Position numbers and translations under genes: made by a program | Assembly (NCBI GenBank): GCA_030616425.1 | Contig: JAUWXJ010000001.1 | Coordinates: 1 to 55,702 of the forward strand | Source of the DNA: Desulfobacterales bacterium | Lineage (GTDB): Bacteria > Desulfobacterota > Desulfobacteria > Desulfobacterales > C00003060 | Reading direction: 5' to 3' | DNA: 55,702 nt | The notes under the pieces: generated by a model | Told to the model about the DNA's origin: nothing | Database searches by the model: none | Seen by the model: the letters and a program-made list of their open reading frames with translations, nothing else | Shown: piece after piece, positions 18,849 through 29,144 of the stretch | How the letters are laid out: each line of letters begins with the position of its first letter | How positions within the stretch are numbered: position 1 is the first letter of the stretch

Positions 18849-19973
18849 TCATCTGCCCCCTGTGAGGTTGCGAAAGGCCTCTAGATGTCTCCCGGCATTG
18901 GCAGCCCATGTGAAGTGCTCAACAACACGCTCTCTTGCACTAGCGCCATAAGATCTTCTTAGGTCATCATCTTCCAATATCTTAATTACAGCGCCCGCTA
19001 ATGCCTCTCTGTCCCTGGGAGTAACCAAAAACCCAGTCTGTCTATCAATTATGATTTCGGGAATTCCTCCAAGCCGACTCCCAATAGCTGGAATTCCGCA
19101 AGCCATTGCCTCTACCAGAGTGATGCCAAATGCCTCTTCAGCGATACTGGGCTGGACCATCACGTCAGCAAGGGAAATGTATTCCGGCAATCTCTCGTGT
19201 GGAATTTCTCCAACAAAAATTACTGAATCTTCTAACTTCATTTCTCTGCATTTTATCTGTAAGACATCCAGGTATTCACCCCCACCTACAATCACCCAAC
19301 TGACATCAGGTATCACCTTTTTAATAGCAGGTAACGTATCCATCAGTACCTGCAATCCTTTCCAACCAACCACTCGACCGACCGTAATGATTACCTTGCT
19401 CTCTTTTAGCCCCAGGCTGGCAGCTAAATTCAGATCCCTTTCTCCGGGCTTGAATTTGTCTATGTCAACCCCGTTGTGAATAACCTCAACCGGAACTTTA
19501 TAGTGAGTCCGGAGCTGATCTGCGTTGTAATGTGAACTGGAAATGAAATAGTCAACACAACGCACAAAAAAGCGATCAGTCATATAAAATTCTCGTCCCC
19601 CTGAGCGGTATACGACCTTAAAATCCTTCTTGCGTTTCGACCAAAACATAGCCGGAAAATCAAATGGTTTAACAATCACCACAATGTCATAATCCTGTGA
19701 GAGGAAAAAATGTCGGGCATTGTATACAAATGTGAGGCGCTCTATCAGGCGGCTACCGCGGGTTCCGCCCACTGGCACTTTTTCAGCAGGATAGAAGGGA
19801 AACGTGACGACTCGAACACCCGGAATCTGCAGTCCCCGTGACCCTGGTGGCTTGCCACCCAGGATATCTATCGTACATCCGAGCTTTGCTAACTCCGATG
19901 CCAACTCTCGACAATACGTTTCTAAACCACCGACCAGAACAGTGGTTGTAACGTTAAAAAAGCAAACCCGCAT
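18849..19973 (-). CDS. Glycosyltransferase family 4
   Basis: MRVCFFNVTTTVLVGGLETY N-terminus and EAFGITLVEAMACGIPAIGSRLGGIPEII. The ATG at 19973 is preceded by a GAGGA SD; the ORF-track start at 20039 would overlap asnB. Confidence 0.85.
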   Translation of the reverse strand: MRVCFFNVTTTVLVGGLETYCRELASELAKLGCTIDILGGKPPGSRGLQIPGVRVVTFPFYPAEKVPVGGTRGSRLIERLTFVYNARHFFLSQDYDIVVIVKPFDFPAMFWSKRKKDFKVVYRSGGREFYMTDRFFVRCVDYFISSSHYNADQLRTHYKVPVEVIHNGVDIDKFKPGERDLNLAASLGLKESKVIITVGRVVGWKGLQVLMDTLPAIKKVIPDVSWVIVGGGEYLDVLQIKCREMKLEDSVIFVGEIPHERLPEYISLADVMVQPSIAEEAFGITLVEAMACGIPAIGSRLGGIPEIIIDRQTGFLVTPRDREALAGAVIKILEDDDLRRSYGASARERVVEHFTWAANAGRHLEAFRNLTGGR

Positions 19974-19984
19974 TCTACAATCCT

Positions 19985-21865
19985 CTAAAAAGTTACACGA
20001 AATGCCTTGGCCCACAGAACAAAAACGTAAAGCAACCAAATCTTAGGCCAATTGTCGCACCTCCCCGCGAAGTGCTCTGCAAGGAGTCTATTTACTGTTG
20101 CTTTATCAAAAAGTTTTCCCACAGAATCGTGTTTTTCAATCTCTTGTGCTATCTTGCTATCTGCTCTGCTACTTCCCATCCACTTTCTAATCGGTGCGCT
20201 AAAGCCCTTTTTCTCTCGTTCAAAAAAACCAGGATCTATGGCCCGTCGCATGCAGTATTTAAGTATCTTTTTGCTATGCCCTCCTGCAATCTTATACTCC
20301 GAAGGCATAGATGCCGCAAACTCTATTATTCTATGGTCCAACAGCGGTGAGCGGTACTCCAAAGATACAGCCATACTTGCGACATCTGCCTTTACCATCA
20401 ACCCACCTAGATAGATAAAAAGATCCGAATAGATCATGTTGTCAAGAACATCGTTAGAACTCTCTCGGTCATAAAACTGACCCAAATAGGCTGCTGGAAG
20501 GCCATGATCTCCCGCAGCAAGCAATTTTCTCCTTTGCTCTTCAGAAAAGTACTCCAGCATCTTTATATACCGATCACTTCCCCCTACACGTAGCGCCTCG
20601 TCCATTTTTGTATTGGGAAAATAACAATGCCGCCTTTTCTTGTTCAAGAGTCTCTCAAAAAACAGTGACAATCTCCTTAACATGATCCAGAAGGGAAGCA
20701 TTCCGTTTCTGCATATCTTTTCTGAAATCAGGACACTGCGATAACGCTTATATCCGCCGAAGTTTTCATCTCCGCCATCACCTGCCAGCGCTACAGTCAC
20801 TTTTTCGCGTGCTAATCTGCACACGTAGTATGTTGGAATGATAGACTGATCGCCAAAAGGCTCCCCCATTTTTAAAACCAGCTTATCTATCAAAGATATT
20901 TCTGACGCATCTATAACAGCTTCTGTATGGTCTGTGCCGAACTGTTCTGCAATCTTCTGTGCGTAAGGGAGTTCGTTAAACCTCTTGTCTTCAAAGCCGA
21001 TAGAAAATGTCTTGACCTCCGGCAGCGATTCTGCAAGGGCTGCAACTATCAGGGAAGAGTCTACGCCCCCACTCAAAAAAGCACCCAAGGGAACATCCGA
21101 AATGGTTCGCAACCTCACAGCGTCAAGGAAAAGCTCCTTTAACTGTTCTGCGGCAGTTTCAAAATCGACCTCTCTTTTTGGTTGAAAACACGGGTTCCAG
21201 TACTGGACTTCTCTCTTTATCCTACCATCTTGGATAAGCATGAAGTGGCCAGGCTTGACTTTTCGTATGGCAGCAAAGGCCGAGTATGGCGCAGGTATAT
21301 ATTGAAATGTGAAGTACAGCTGAAGAGCATCGTGATCGAGATCCCTGGATATCTCCTTAACCGAAAAAAGCGCATTGATCTCCGAACCAAAAACGACGCC
21401 ATCTTCACTCTCATGGTAATACATGGGCTTTTTGCCGACTCGATCCCGTACCAGAATAACTCTGTTCCTATCTTTATCATAGAGCGCAATAGCAAACATT
21501 CCGAGGAGTTTCTCTAGAAACCCATCTCCATATTCAGCATAAAGGTAAAGCGCCACCTCAGTATCAGAACGTGTCCTGAAAACATAACCTTTAGCCTCTA
21601 ATTCACGGCGTAGTCGTTGAAAATTGTATATTTCCCCATTGAGGACAATTGTGTACCTACCATCTTCCGATGTCATTGGCTGGGCCCCGCCCTCAATGTC
21701 GATGATGGAAAGCCGACGGTGGCCGAGGATGATACGACCCTCATCCACAAAGATCCCTTCGTCATCAGGACCTCTGTGTTCGAGCAAACCGAGCGCCTTC
21801 CGGAAGGTTTCTTTGGAGTGAAGATCATGACCGTTACGACTTACGTTACCCAGAATGCCACACAT
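19985..21865 (-). CDS. asnB: Asparagine synthase (glutamine-hydrolysing)-family amidotransferase, copy 2
   Basis: 626 aa. MCGILGNV N-terminus and PP-loop SGGVDSS. Confidence 0.9.
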   Translation of the reverse strand: MCGILGNVSRNGHDLHSKETFRKALGLLEHRGPDDEGIFVDEGRIILGHRRLSIIDIEGGAQPMTSEDGRYTIVLNGEIYNFQRLRRELEAKGYVFRTRSDTEVALYLYAEYGDGFLEKLLGMFAIALYDKDRNRVILVRDRVGKKPMYYHESEDGVVFGSEINALFSVKEISRDLDHDALQLYFTFQYIPAPYSAFAAIRKVKPGHFMLIQDGRIKREVQYWNPCFQPKREVDFETAAEQLKELFLDAVRLRTISDVPLGAFLSGGVDSSLIVAALAESLPEVKTFSIGFEDKRFNELPYAQKIAEQFGTDHTEAVIDASEISLIDKLVLKMGEPFGDQSIIPTYYVCRLAREKVTVALAGDGGDENFGGYKRYRSVLISEKICRNGMLPFWIMLRRLSLFFERLLNKKRRHCYFPNTKMDEALRVGGSDRYIKMLEYFSEEQRRKLLAAGDHGLPAAYLGQFYDRESSNDVLDNMIYSDLFIYLGGLMVKADVASMAVSLEYRSPLLDHRIIEFAASMPSEYKIAGGHSKKILKYCMRRAIDPGFFEREKKGFSAPIRKWMGSSRADSKIAQEIEKHDSVGKLFDKATVNRLLAEHFAGRCDNWPKIWLLYVFVLWAKAFRVTF

Positions 21866-22056
21866 TTTGATTCTCGTTGCTGGTTTTATAACAATCTCAT
21901 CAACTTAAGGTGTAATTTCACAGGACAAGGGACATCGCCTCTCTTCGGCATCCAATGCCTTCAAAAGGTATGCTGTTATGGTCGATGGAAATGGCTGTAT
22001 GCCTGCGTTCAGCGATATTCCTCGCCCTGTGTCGTGGATAGGGAACGGGTCTTAAG

Positions 22057-23280
22057 TTAATGACATTGAGTTTTATAAGCCAATTCTTGAGCGCTACTCT
22101 GCAATATCCGCGAATAGAGGTTTTCCAATTCGTCGGCAACTCTTTGCCAGGAGAAAGATCGTTCAACATCTCTCCGGGCATTTTTAGCAACCTTGCCTCC
22201 AAGTTCAGAATCATCCAATACTGCCAATATCTTGCTCGCTAGCTCAGACGCATTCCGGGCATCGTTGACCAGAATACCGTTTACTTCATCGGTGATAAAC
22301 TCGGGAATACCACCCTTATTGGTCGTCACGATCGGAAGCCCGGCAGCAGCAGCTTCAAGCAAGGCTGTTGGGAAAGGATCGTTCCATATTGCAGGCAGGA
22401 CAAAGACGTCGCCTATTGTATAGAAGTCAGGCATCTGGAGCGGCGGGATTGTGTCAGTCAGGATGATAGCCTTTCTATCTTTGACCAACTCCCGAATTTG
22501 TTTGCCGTAAACAGCTTTCCTGTTGTCAGGGTCATCACTTTTTCGGATATCGCCTGCCAGGACAAGTTTAACGGCATGGCCCTTTGACGCCTCCTTTACT
22601 AACGTAAATGCCTCAACCAACTCCTTGACGCCCTTCTCGTGTACAATCCTGCCTGCAAACAAGACCACAATATCATTTTCTCTTAGCCCAAACTTTCCGC
22701 GAGTCCTTTGACGAATATCAGGGACTTCCCAAACAGGCCTTATTCGAGCCACATCGGTCCCTGTATATACGGTAGTGATTTTTCCCCTTGAAACCCCATA
22801 ACCCGCATTGAGCCATGAAGCAATGTAATGGCTGCAAGCAATAAAATGATCAACATGTTTAAGAAGATGACTATCTATCTCCTTTTCATTTGCTACATGT
22901 AACAATAGTTTGCTATTAGATCTTTTTGCATAGCGCCACATACGCCTCAACAACTTGGGCTCATTATGAAGGTGAACAATTTCCGGCCTCAGCTTGGCAA
23001 TTCGTCTGCCTACCCTATCATTGAATGAATACGGATCCCAGGGCACGATTTTTTGGAAGATTCGCCTATAGGCTTTTCCTATCTTAATGCGCTCATAGCT
23101 CACCCCGTCGATGACCTCTTTCTCTAAAAAGCCGGGAAACCACCTTGAATAGACCACCGGCCTAAACCGCTTGGCGTGTTTTGCCACATTATATACCCTC
23201 AGTTCGGTGCCCGCACTGTTGATAGGCGGTACAGGGTTAAATGGAGGGACAACATGTGCAATCTTACAAATCTTTTCCAT
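22057..23280 (-). CDS. Glycosyltransferase family 4
   Basis: 407 aa. DPFPTALLEAAAAGLPIVTTNKGGIPEFI motif. Confidence 0.85.
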   Translation of the reverse strand: MEKICKIAHVVPPFNPVPPINSAGTELRVYNVAKHAKRFRPVVYSRWFPGFLEKEVIDGVSYERIKIGKAYRRIFQKIVPWDPYSFNDRVGRRIAKLRPEIVHLHNEPKLLRRMWRYAKRSNSKLLLHVANEKEIDSHLLKHVDHFIACSHYIASWLNAGYGVSRGKITTVYTGTDVARIRPVWEVPDIRQRTRGKFGLRENDIVVLFAGRIVHEKGVKELVEAFTLVKEASKGHAVKLVLAGDIRKSDDPDNRKAVYGKQIRELVKDRKAIILTDTIPPLQMPDFYTIGDVFVLPAIWNDPFPTALLEAAAAGLPIVTTNKGGIPEFITDEVNGILVNDARNASELASKILAVLDDSELGGKVAKNARRDVERSFSWQRVADELENLYSRILQSSAQELAYKTQCH

Positions 23281-24412
23281 AAATCGTCTTCATTGCAGTT
23301 ACAAGCTTTTCAAAAACCTCATCAACGCCGATTTGATCCATGCATATGTTGTTCTTGCATCTCTTCGTTGTGCAAACCTCGCAAGTCGGAGCCGTCTGAA
23401 TGACAAAATGCCTGTCCTTATCATAAAGTGGTCCTATCAACCGATGATCTGTAGGCCCATACAGGGAAATCGTCGGAGTGTTTACCGAGATCGCCATGTG
23501 CAAAGGACCGGTATCGGGCACAATAAAGAGTGAGAGCCTTTTCAAAAGTGCTGCCACCTCAATTGGAGAAAAAAGCCCCGCCGCGTTGATTATCTGATCT
23601 CGATTCCTTAACTTTGTAATTATCTTTGCTATCTTTTTCCTGTCCTGCTGAGAACCGGTCAGTATCACTGCTATATGATCGGCGACAGAGGCGATCATAT
23701 CGAGGAACTCAATGTTCTTACTCATAGGCCACATCCTGTAGCGGCCCGCCGCAAATATGTGGATGCCTACCAATTTCCTTTGGCTTCTGCCTTTCCAGGC
23801 TTCAATTCTATCGTCAACCTCTCTCTGGGTCTTTTCATCAATGTTCACATACATCCGGGTGTCGCCTGTTGAACAATTTATCAAGTCGAATATCTTAAGC
23901 CTGTTTTCAATATAGTGGGCGTTCGGATCAAGATAAGACATTGCTCCAATATCTTGGTTTGAAAGAAGAAATTTGAATCGAGTTGTATCATTGGGAATTC
24001 TTATTATGAATAAAGCACCGGGAAAATAGACCAACGGTATGATATCCGGATCATTGCCATGAAATATGAGCGCCAGATCAAACTTTTCTTTTTTCAGCAG
24101 GCCAATGGTCTTGAAGAATTTTCTATACTTTCCTTTGTAAGGAATGATCCCATCAAGATACGGGTCTTTTTCAAAGAGCGAGGCCCAACTCTCACGTACA
24201 AGTAACTTTATTTGTGAATCCGGAAAGTTTTCGCGTGCAGCCCTTATCGCAGGGGTAGAAAGGATTGTGTCTCCAAGGCCTGTAGTAAGGACAAGCAGGA
24301 TGCTTCTTACCTTGCCTTTGTCAAAATTTTCAAGGGATGTTTCGCGCTTATCTCGCCATTTTGTAAAGTGCGCCACACCATAGAGAAGGTTATCAAGAAT
24401 TTTTATTTTCAT
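23264..24412 (-). CDS. Glycosyltransferase family 9 (heptosyltransferase-like)
   Basis: ILLVLTTGLGDTILSTPAIRA and VPDTGPLHMAISVNTPTISLYGPT. Confidence 0.85.
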   Translation of the reverse strand: MKIKILDNLLYGVAHFTKWRDKRETSLENFDKGKVRSILLVLTTGLGDTILSTPAIRAARENFPDSQIKLLVRESWASLFEKDPYLDGIIPYKGKYRKFFKTIGLLKKEKFDLALIFHGNDPDIIPLVYFPGALFIIRIPNDTTRFKFLLSNQDIGAMSYLDPNAHYIENRLKIFDLINCSTGDTRMYVNIDEKTQREVDDRIEAWKGRSQRKLVGIHIFAAGRYRMWPMSKNIEFLDMIASVADHIAVILTGSQQDRKKIAKIITKLRNRDQIINAAGLFSPIEVAALLKRLSLFIVPDTGPLHMAISVNTPTISLYGPTDHRLIGPLYDKDRHFVIQTAPTCEVCTTKRCKNNICMDQIGVDEVFEKLVTAMKTIYGKDL

Positions 24413-25562
24413 TATATTGACTCAACATAGCTTCATAACACTCGACAGTTTCTCTAACATGATTCTCTATGTCCATTAATCGGTATTTTCTTTTCGCCCA
24501 CTTTATTGTTTCACTGTTCCCCTGTCGCAGAAGCCTTTGTATTGCATCTTTCAGAGCTCCAACGTCAGATGGGTCTTCCAAGCAAACCCCTGTGATTCCA
24601 TCCTCTATTAACTCCGAAACGCCATTTATCTTACTCGTCACGACCGGAACTCCTGAGGCCATTGCCTCAAGGCAAGCATTGCTGAACGGATCATAAACTG
24701 TGGGCAAGACAAAAACATCTGCGGCTGCATACAACTTTTCAGATTCCTTTGTTGGACCACAAAACAATACATTATCAATAACCCCGAGCATTCTAGCTTG
24801 TCTCTTATATCTTCTCGAATAGTTCCTGCCAGCTACAATGAGCTTTATCTTAGGATCATGCATCATGCTCAATGCTTCGATGGCAAACTTCAGTCCTTTT
24901 CGTTCAAAACCAGAGCCAAGAAAGAGCATAGCACTCTCGTCTTCTGCGATTCCAAGCCGAGCCCTCACAGCCTTTCTATATTTTTTTCTGTTATCAGGAT
25001 GAAAGCGAGTGCTGTCCACGGCATTAAGGATCACACGGATTCGCTCAGGCGGGAAATTATAGTGGCGAATAATCTCCTCTTTTCCTCTTTCAGAGTTTGC
25101 TATTACTATTTTCGTATTGTTCTGCTTGAAAATTTGTTTTTCGATCCATAAAAAGACCCAATGAAGAGGATTGACTCGCACCAGGAAAGTCTTCCAAGGC
25201 GCTTCGTATTTCGCGCGCTGAATCAGCCACTCTTTGTGGCATCCGTCACCTGCCCTGTATATGTCCTGATAAAGGGTCCGCTCAAAGCTATGTATAACGT
25301 CAAAGCGCTCCTTCTTTAACAACCTTCTGGCATTGATAGCAAAGGAAAGGAGCTTCAGAACTGACAGCCCCTTGATCATGGGAACCTTATGAAAAAATAG
25401 CCTCCCGGTTTTGGGTTGTGAGATACCAGTTTCAGATTCCCACTGATTGGCAAAGATGTGTACCTCATGGCCTAACCCAAGTAAGTGTTCGACCAACGTG
25501 TCAAGATATCGTTCTGCGCCTCCAAAGGGAGAATATTTCTTGCGAATCAGGGCAAGTTTCAT
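24393..25562 (-). CDS. Glycosyltransferase family 4 (WaaG-like)
   Basis: MKLALIRKKYSPFGGAERY N-terminus and DPFSNACLEAMASGVPVVTSKINGVSELI. Confidence 0.85.
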   Translation of the reverse strand: MKLALIRKKYSPFGGAERYLDTLVEHLLGLGHEVHIFANQWESETGISQPKTGRLFFHKVPMIKGLSVLKLLSFAINARRLLKKERFDVIHSFERTLYQDIYRAGDGCHKEWLIQRAKYEAPWKTFLVRVNPLHWVFLWIEKQIFKQNNTKIVIANSERGKEEIIRHYNFPPERIRVILNAVDSTRFHPDNRKKYRKAVRARLGIAEDESAMLFLGSGFERKGLKFAIEALSMMHDPKIKLIVAGRNYSRRYKRQARMLGVIDNVLFCGPTKESEKLYAAADVFVLPTVYDPFSNACLEAMASGVPVVTSKINGVSELIEDGITGVCLEDPSDVGALKDAIQRLLRQGNSETIKWAKRKYRLMDIENHVRETVECYEAMLSQYNENKNS

Positions 25563-25606
25563 TCCCTATACTTTTCCATTCACATGGGAACCTTTTCCTG
25601 GCATTT

Positions 25607-26677
25607 TCAATTCCGCCAAGTTCCATCCTTGAGCTTTTGATCAACAGCCCTATAAACCTCTTCAGGAGTAATTGCTTCCAGGCATTCGCTAACCTTGCTC
25701 CCGTCGCACCCGTCGCGCCCGCAAGGCTGACAGTCCCAACCTTTCTTTATGACAATATGACCGTTACCCCAAGGGCCCCACATGTGGTCCCCGGACGGGC
25801 CGAACAGAGCAATCACAAGTGTATTTACTGCAGCAGCGATATGCATGGGAGCGCTGTCAACACCAATGAACAAAATACTCCTTGATATGCAATATGCCAG
25901 CTGTTTAAGGGAAAGCATCCCAGACAAGTCTATCGGAGGATAGTCGACAAGCGATAAGATCTCCTTGACCCGTTTTCTCTCTTTTTCGTCAGGCGCACTC
26001 GTGATAATGACAGACAACCCATGTTTTTCTCTTATGTAGTCACACAACAGGGCATATCCTCTAGAATTCCAGGCCTTAAAAAGCCAACGTGACGTGGGAT
26101 GAAGGACGACATATGGCCGGTCTTCGCCTAAACCCCTTTCCGACAAAAGCCTCACACAGGCTTCTGAATCTCTTTCCGACCAAAATATCGACAATCTCTT
26201 GTCAGATGGCTCTATTCCAAGGGCCCGCACCAAAGTCAAATTATAGTCTACCATGTGTTGAGTTGTCGTGCTTATCTTAACAAGCTTCGTAAATGCATGA
26301 TGGCGTCCCAGAAAGGTTCTTTTGTGCGGCTCAAACCCAATCCTCTCTTTGGCACAGGTTACAAACCCGAGGAATGCCCCTCTGTCCCCGGCACTCAGTT
26401 CGAGGACAAGATCAAAACTCTTTCCTCTTAGCTTCATCAGAAAACCCAGATGTCTAAGCATCCTGCTGGCAAAGGGAGCACCCTCTGCTCTGTCCAGAAC
26501 AATCACCTCATCTATAGCCGGATTCAGTGTAACCATATCCTCCGTTCCTTTCGGCACAAGCACTGACAATCGGCTTTCCGGATACGCCTCCTTCAGCGCT
26601 GTGAAAACAGGAGTAGCTACCAGCACATCGCCGATATGTTTTAATTTAATAACCAAAATATTTTGATATGCTTTCAA
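25607..26677 (-). CDS. Glycosyltransferase family 9 (heptosyltransferase-like)
   Basis: ILVIKLKHIGDVLVATPVFTALK and GVDSAPMHIAAAVNTLVIALFGPS. Confidence 0.85.
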   Translation of the reverse strand: MKAYQNILVIKLKHIGDVLVATPVFTALKEAYPESRLSVLVPKGTEDMVTLNPAIDEVIVLDRAEGAPFASRMLRHLGFLMKLRGKSFDLVLELSAGDRGAFLGFVTCAKERIGFEPHKRTFLGRHHAFTKLVKISTTTQHMVDYNLTLVRALGIEPSDKRLSIFWSERDSEACVRLLSERGLGEDRPYVVLHPTSRWLFKAWNSRGYALLCDYIREKHGLSVIITSAPDEKERKRVKEILSLVDYPPIDLSGMLSLKQLAYCISRSILFIGVDSAPMHIAAAVNTLVIALFGPSGDHMWGPWGNGHIVIKKGWDCQPCGRDGCDGSKVSECLEAITPEEVYRAVDQKLKDGTWRN

Positions 26678-26725
26678 TGCTACCTTATCTTACTTTCTCA
26701 GCATGACGCAATTCTTTGATGAACT

Positions 26726-26919
26726 CGTAAAAAGTCTTTTGCGAACGACTTTGAGCATTTTGGGGAAAAGATGCCTGATGAGCGGCGCGTTAAAAATCAC
26801 AAACTGTTTGAGGGCGTTAGCCCGAGTTTAGCGCAAGGCTTCACTCCGTGCTGTGATTTAGCGACGCGATTCAGGCATCCCCAAAATGTTCACGGAGTGA
26901 GTAAAATCGACTTTTTACG
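26726..26919. repeat. Structured intergenic repeat family A, copy 1 (nested palindrome around a conserved core)
   Basis: Outer arms cgtaaaaagtc (26726..26736) and gactttttacg (26909..26919). Inner stems agatgcctgat/attcaggcatcc and aaatcac/gtgattt. Core ctgtttga...gagtttagcgcaaggcttcactccgtgct (26804..26852) is shared with 28921..28972. Confidence 0.75.
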
Positions 26920-27673
26920 AAGACATCAATTCTTTCAGTTTCGCATATTTTACAAAAGTATAATACGAGTAAAGAGTGGCCAGCTGAAATCCTACAGCCC
27001 CATCTAGAAAACCCCGCTTTAAAAGGTACATTTGCACAAAGGTGAACCAGGCACGAAAGGCCATCTCGATCCAGCCGACCTGACGCCCCTCTTTGTAATA
27101 GGCCTCGGCAGACAATGTAGAGTATCGGTCCATCCTTTGAACAAAGTCCGAGATTGACCGGTAAGTGTAATGTTCGACAAAATTATGCAATCGTCCCACT
27201 GGTCCTGACACCTCAACTCCTTCGTGCACCAAGCGCTCCTTAAATCTTCCCTTGTCCTTGCGAAAGAGCCTCAGGTGATATTCGGGGTACCATCCGCCGT
27301 GACGGACCCATCGATCTCCAAAAAAGACCTTGTAGGGCAACTCGTATCCCGCCAGCAGCGGTTCACCTGACCGGAACAAGGCAAGGATTTCGTCTGAAAG
27401 TTCACGAGTCACTCTCTCATCAGCATCAATGGCAAGTATCCAGTTGTTTGTCGCTTTTGAAATTGCGTAGTTTTTTTGACTCCCAAAGCCGTCCCACTTC
27501 CTCTGAAATATCTGGTCCGTGTATCTTCCTGCAATGTCCCGGGTGAGGTCTGTGCTGAAGTTGTCCACAATAATTATCTCTTCGGCCCACTTCACCTTCT
27601 CCAGGCACCTGCCTATGTTCTCCTCTTCATTATATGTTATAATGACAACCGAAAGCGTTTCCATAACCCACAC
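26915..27673 (-). CDS. Glycosyltransferase family 2 (KdtX/WaaE-like LPS core glycosyltransferase)
   Basis: 252 aa. LSVVIITYNEEENIGRCL, IIVDNFSTDLTRDIA, AIDADE. Confidence 0.85.
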   Translation of the reverse strand: MWVMETLSVVIITYNEEENIGRCLEKVKWAEEIIIVDNFSTDLTRDIAGRYTDQIFQRKWDGFGSQKNYAISKATNNWILAIDADERVTRELSDEILALFRSGEPLLAGYELPYKVFFGDRWVRHGGWYPEYHLRLFRKDKGRFKERLVHEGVEVSGPVGRLHNFVEHYTYRSISDFVQRMDRYSTLSAEAYYKEGRQVGWIEMAFRAWFTFVQMYLLKRGFLDGAVGFQLATLYSYYTFVKYAKLKELMSS

Positions 27674-27693
27674 CTATCTTTGGTCGCACAGCA

Positions 27694-28500
27694 CTATATG
27701 CGACTTTTCCCCTTTTTTAGCTTTATTTTGAAATCAAGCAGATTGTCGTTTCGCTTTATGATGATCCGCTTGAGCTGAAAAGGGTCAACCGCCTCGTCAT
27801 TGTCACCATGGTGTATGACGCATGCCGCCTGAAAACCAGCTTCTCGAACAGCCCATCGAATCTTTTCGTTTTCCTTTCCGTAGGGGTATGAAAAGGCAAT
27901 TATTTCATTGCCTAGTGCGCCCCCTAAAACAGACCTGGAAGCCCTCACATCAGATTCAACCGCACTTAACGGCAACTGAGTGAGGTCTTGGTGGGTGTGA
28001 CTGTGCGACCCAAATTCAACACCGCTGAGAGCAAGATCCTTAATTTCCTCTGCATTCAACAATGGCTCCTCAGGTTCTCCTTTTTCTAGGTCCCACAAAT
28101 TAACGCCACCAATGTATTTCGTCACCAGAAAAACAACTGCTTTAAAGTCGTGACTCTCAAGGATCGGCCAAGCAGAAGTGTAAAAGTTTCTGTAGCCGTC
28201 ATCAAAGGTGATGATGATCGGCTTCGATGGGCACACCCCTTTACCATGCCTATAATCTAGCCATTCCTTTATTGTTATGCTATGATATCCTCTATCTTTC
28301 AAATAAGCCATCTGGGCGCGGAATCTTTTTGGAGAGACCCGAAGTTTTGGCAGCTTGGTGCCCGCGATGTCATCGCTCACCATGTGATACATGAGGATAG
28401 GCACACCTCGAATATTTCGGCGCCATACATTGAAGCGAAGTAAAACCGAAATTAGGATTGCTAGAAAAATCACACAAGTTAACAACATGGGCTGACACAA
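27694..28500 (-). CDS. Polysaccharide deacetylase (NodB homology domain) with an N-terminal TM helix
   Basis: IITFDDGYRNFYTSAWPIL, FGSHSHTH. Hydrophobic N-terminus. Confidence 0.85.
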   Translation of the reverse strand: MCQPMLLTCVIFLAILISVLLRFNVWRRNIRGVPILMYHMVSDDIAGTKLPKLRVSPKRFRAQMAYLKDRGYHSITIKEWLDYRHGKGVCPSKPIIITFDDGYRNFYTSAWPILESHDFKAVVFLVTKYIGGVNLWDLEKGEPEEPLLNAEEIKDLALSGVEFGSHSHTHQDLTQLPLSAVESDVRASRSVLGGALGNEIIAFSYPYGKENEKIRWAVREAGFQAACVIHHGDNDEAVDPFQLKRIIIKRNDNLLDFKIKLKKGKSRI

Positions 28501-28631
28501 AGACTCTATTCTTACTTCTCAGTAGGGGTCTTAAGCTTTCACAGGCATTTGCCAAAACAGCTGCACACCTATGTTTAAAAGAGCCCGTTTAAAGCAGCAG
28601 CTCCAGCAACACCCGTTTCACCTTTGACCCT

Positions 28632-28805
28632 TCAGGTTTCTATTGACTTTGCTTCATCGATGAGCATGATGGGAATATCATCCCTGATCTCATAAAGGAG
28701 TTTACACTTATCACAGATAAGTCCATCCTTTGTCTCATTCATATAAATGTCCCCTTTGCACTTAGGACAGGCCAAGATATCTAATAACTCCTGGCTGATT
28801 GCCAT
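28632..28805 (-). CDS. Trm112/YcaR (UPF0434) family small zinc-ribbon protein, 57 aa (below the ORF-track cutoff)
   Basis: My own translation is MAISQELLDILACPKCKGDIYMNETKDGLICDKCKLLYEIRDDIPIMLIDEAKSIET, with CPxC...CxxC and the IPIML(I)DEA motif typical of the family. Confidence 0.8.
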   Translation of the reverse strand: MAISQELLDILACPKCKGDIYMNETKDGLICDKCKLLYEIRDDIPIMLIDEAKSIET

Positions 28806-28840
28806 AACTTTACCCCCTTTCCAGAGAAATAGTTACAACT

Positions 28841-29042
28841 GGTTTCAAAACCTCTTAGTGAGCCAATTTTGGCCATTTTGCTAAGAAGTTCTTAGCGAAG
28901 GCGGAGCGTAAAAATTGGAACTGTTTGATCCCGCGTAGCGGGAGAGTTTAGCGCATGGCTTCACTACGTGCTCCAATTTTAGCGGAGTAAGCTTAGAACT
29001 TCTCAAAATGGACAAACCAGCGAGAAAAGAGGTTTTTAAACC
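28841..29042. repeat. Structured intergenic repeat family A, copy 2
   Basis: Outer arms ggtttcaaaacctctt (28841..28856) and aagaggtttttaaacc (29027..29042). Inner stem aaaattgga (28911..28919) pairs with tccaatttt (28972..28980). Core 28921..28972 nearly matches copy 1. Confidence 0.75.
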
Positions 29043-29144
29043 GCTTCTAAGTGGTTGAGTAGTCAAATGGTCGAGTGGTCATTTGTCATTCTCTACTCCC
29101 CGTTCTCGATTCACAAAGCCCCATTCAACCATCACGCTATTCGA

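Noticed and set aside
28881-29066. A 61-aa minus-strand ORF in the gap between the Trm112-like gene and the SDR gene.
   Set aside because: It coincides with repeat family A copy 2. The homologous copy 1 has no matching ORF, and there is no SD or family signal.
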